From contig NC_043026.1 in the NCBI RefSeq assembly GCF_006345805.1, positions 6,324,001 to 6,388,000 on the forward strand: 64,000 bases of DNA, given 5' to 3'. Positions within the stretch are counted from its first letter, which is position 1. Each line of letters begins with the position of its first letter. Positions 60,600 to 64,000 of this stretch are shown in pieces. This DNA comes from Octopus sinensis. Its lineage: Eukaryota. Made by a program: the position numbers and the translations under genes. Below the pieces are notes generated by a model. It was given only the letters and a program-made list of their open reading frames with translations. It was not told the origin of the DNA and searched no databases.

Positions 60600-61570
60600 A
60601 CATTGCAGCACTGACACTCACTCTCTCGTATCGTTTTCCTCCACTCGCACTCAAAACCTTACAAACACAACACAATTCCTTCCCCACCACCACTCTCTCT
60701 CTCTCGTGTTTCTCTCTTTCCCCGTTTCTCCTTTCCACCCCCATCTCTCTTTGTCTCTCTCAGTACACTTCTCTCACCCTCTCGCACTATATATACATAT
60801 ATCTTTCTTTCTCTCTCTCTCTCACATACACTTTCCATCTCTCCCTTTCTACTTTTCACTCTCTCTCTACCCTCTCTGCACTTCTTTCTCTCTCCGCTAT
60901 CTCTACGGCTCTCACACTCTTTTTATCTTCCTCCCTCGACCATTAACACACACACTCTCTTTCTCTCTCTCTCTCTCCCTTACCTTTTCTTTCAATCACT
61001 CTCTCAAACACACTTTCTATCCCTCTCTCCTTTTCCCTATGTACCACTTCCTCCTTTATCTATCCTTCTCCACACACACTTTCCATCTCTCCCTTTCTAC
61101 TTTTCACTCTCTCTCTCTGCTATCTCGGTGACTCTCACTTTGTTATCTCCCTCCCTCTACCATTAACGCCCTCAGTCTCTCACTCCGTTACCTTCTCTTT
61201 CAAACACTATCTCACCCCTCTCTCCTTTTCCCCATGTACCTCTTTCCTCTCTATCTCCCTTATCTTCTCTTCCTCCTTTATCTATCCTTCTCTCTTCCTT
61301 TTCCTCTCTATCTATCTCTAACTACATACACACACATATATATACACATACACATATATATACACACACAGACACATATATATATATTCTGGTCTTTGCA
61401 GTCTAATCTCTAACTACATACACACACACATATACATACACATATATATAAACATACACATATATATATATACACACACACAGACACACACATATACATA
61501 TATATATATATAAACACACACACACATATATATATATACACACACACATACATATATATATATATATTCT
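60600..61570. repeat. CT-rich and (CA/TA)n low-complexity region with internal duplications
   Basis: CACACTTTCCATCTCTCCCTTTCTACTTTTCACTCTC at about 60828 and 61075. Confidence 0.8.
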
Positions 61571-61859
61571 GGTCTTTGCAGCCTTATTATTATTACATTT
61601 CTCTTACACTTCACTCATTCTTCTCACAAACAAACCCACATCTGTCTCCGTTGTTTCTCGAACACAAACCTCACCACTCATTTATTCTCACCGCTTGCTT
61701 TTTCTACATGGAAGAACGAAAAAAAAACCCAGACAAAACCCAAAACCCAAAACACACAGACATAAATAAACCTTTAGAAGCCGACAGGGGAGAAAAAAAA
61801 ACAATAACAGAGACACAAATATAAGCTACAGAAGCGAACAACCCACAGCAACAAGAGAG

Positions 61860-62230
61860 AAATACACGGCGGCCGTTCTATTCCTCCCTTCCTCTCTCTC
61901 TATGTATATATAGAGCTGAGTGAGAGTGAGAGTGGAGGCAAACCATCAACACTCAACATCATGGCTGACAATTTTCAAGCTTCGACATAACACAACAAAC
62001 CCAGCGAAATCGTCGGGGCTGCCGAACCGGGGAAAGCACGCGCGGACCGTGAGGCCCGTCGGGTCGGACGCTCCTCTATCGATACGTGGGTGTATATGAG
62101 GGTGGACAAAAATCTACTCACCATGGGCCGCAACAGAGCAGAAATACCGAGTGCACGGGTTTCGAGCTGCTACTAATCTCCTCTCCGTCGCCATCTATGT
62201 GCATCGCTGGTCACGTGACCAAAATATCCA
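61860..62230 (-). promoter_or_regulatory. CpG-rich candidate promoter/first exon with palindromic E-box GGTCACGTGACC
   Basis: GGTCACGTGACC at 62209-62220 (CLEAR/USF/MITF-type consensus GTCACGTGAC), AGATGGCG (YY1-like) about 25 nt downstream on the minus strand, donor CATG|gtgagt at 62121. Confidence 0.55.
62122..62194 (-). CDS. Candidate first coding exon or uORF MATERRLVAARNPCTRYFCSVAAH (unidentified)
   Basis: tagATGG context, 73 nt to a strong donor (phase 1). May instead be a 5' UTR exon. Confidence 0.3.
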
Positions 62231-62951
62231 CACAAAAAAAACAAATAAAAAAAAGACAAAAACAAAAACAAGAAAAATAAATAAAAAGCCCGGTAGGAAG
62301 AATGCTTTTACTGTTTCCACATTATTATCTTTTTTTCTAATTCTCATTATTTTTCCGTAAAATACTCGGTATCCTTCATAAAAAACGTTTAAATACAATT
62401 ATTAAATAAAATACACAAAAACCATTTCGTGTTTTTTTTTATTGTTCATCTTCTTAGGTAGGAAGTCTCCTTTCTATCTAATTGTTTTCTTTAAATTGAA
62501 AGGAGAAAAAACGCATTGGTGTCGAGATTAATAAAATAACACTACTTCGTCCCTCAATGCGTGTGTATGTGTATCTGTGTGATTATATGTCTGTGTATAT
62601 GCGTGTCCGTGGCTATGTTTGGTATATGTGATTATATTTGCGTGTATGTATGCGTGTGTGTAACGGGATTTTATGCTTTAGCGTGTGTATGGCTTTATGT
62701 ATACACATGTACACATATATTACTATATATATGCATACATATACCTACACACACACACACACACATATATATGTGTGTGTGTGTGTGTGTGTATGTATAT
62801 GCGTGTGTTCAATGCATTAGCCGGTGTCGGTGAAGACCTGTTGATAATTTTCACTAATTATCTTCGAGATTGATCGTAATCACTGCAACCTGATTATTGT
62901 ATATGTGTGTGTTTATATATATATATAATATATACACAAATATATATACTG

Positions 62952-63045
<94 letters not shown>

Positions 63046-63057
63046 TACATATATATA

Positions 63058-63119
<62 letters not shown>

Positions 63120-63304
63120 TCATCATCATCGTCGTTTAACGTCCGTTTTCCATGCTAGCATGGGTTGGATGGTTCGACCGGGGTCTGGGAAGCCAGGAGG
63201 CTGCACCAGGCTCCAGTCTGATCTTGCAGTGTTTCTACAGCTGGATGCCCTTCCTAACGCCAACCACTCCGTGAGTGTAGTGGGTGCTTTTTACGTGCCA
63301 CCTG

Positions 63305-63305
<1 letters not shown>
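63120..63305 (-). mobile_element. SINE-like family C tail within (TA)n
   Basis: Consensus match. Confidence 0.85.
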
Positions 63306-63338
<33 letters not shown>

Positions 63339-63519
63339 AGTAGGTGAATGAATTATCCTATGTTTATCGTCAGCATGGATAATTCGTTTAACCGATACCT
63401 GGGTAGCGAATTCACGTCAGAAAACACGGTTGAAGCGACCTGTCAAGGGTAGAAACTCCGGTTTATATATATATATATAGATAGACTGTATATATATAAG
63501 CATACATCTTTATCTTTTA

Positions 63520-63725
63520 TTTGTTTCACTCATTAGGTTGCAGCCATGCTGGGGCACTGCCGCAAGGAACTTTCAGTCGAACGCATCAACCCCTAGTTCT
63601 TATTTTCTTTTTAAACCTGGTATTTATTCTAGCAGTCTCTTTTCGGCGAAACGCTATGGTTACGGGGACGTAAACACGCCAACACAGGTTGTCAAGCTGC
63701 GGTGGGGGACAAACACCGACACACA
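63520..63725 (-). mobile_element. SINE family A 3' half, diverged
   Basis: Consensus match. Confidence 0.7.
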
Positions 63726-63941
63726 CACACATGCATACACTAACGTAGCTAGAGGGGGTGGTCCCCTCCAGATGGCACTTTTCATTCTGTTGTAGGTTAC
63801 AAGCCAGAATAGATCATTTCGAAATAGTATGGTGTGTGATAATTCCCAATATTATATATATATAAAAAAAAACTACTGGAAATGCAGGACTTCTGGACCT
63901 GCTGTAGGCAATATGTATTTTTTATGGGGTTCTGGATTGTT

Positions 63942-63979
<38 letters not shown>

Positions 63980-64000
63980 AATATCTATATATATATATAT

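Noticed and set aside
63420-63455. Possible hammerhead (TTGAAGC...GAAAC)
   Set aside because: The core has uncompensated changes, with no consistent stem I/II pairing or NUH site.

Overview
Eukaryotic, intron-rich, repeat-dense DNA, very probably an octopus (coleoid) genome. This is inferred from the tRNA-derived SINE families and the very long (TA)n/(CA)n/tetranucleotide tracts. One protein-coding gene can be reconstructed with confidence: a POGZ/ZNF280-family C2H2 zinc-finger gene on the minus strand. It has 7 phase-consistent coding exons (14320-13913, 9939-9723, 9040-8931, 7562-7433, 3728-3426, 1452-1364, 470-300; 476 codons) and continues off the left end of the window. Two unusual points: a 136-codon exon precedes the family's normally N-terminal MECEE motif, and the exon-5 splice acceptor is tandemly duplicated. 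Two CpG-rich unique islands (about 28.1-29.35 kb and 61.85-62.25 kb) look like promoters or first exons whose downstream exons I could not identify reliably. The rest is at least five SINE families, CR1, RTE, Dong/R4 and Penelope retroelement fragments, a Tc1 relic, piggyBac-, hAT- and Helitron-like non-autonomous elements, minisatellites and microsatellites. Nearly all long ORFs in the supplied track are read-throughs of these repeats. The best novel signal is a 445-bp TSD-flanked insertion carrying a minimal type I hammerhead ribozyme with a U3-A8 covariant core. Two further hammerhead-derived motifs, several near-perfect hairpins and a MITE+spacer compound unit also occur. Repeat boundaries are read by eye and approximate. 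SINE family names A-E are my own labels.
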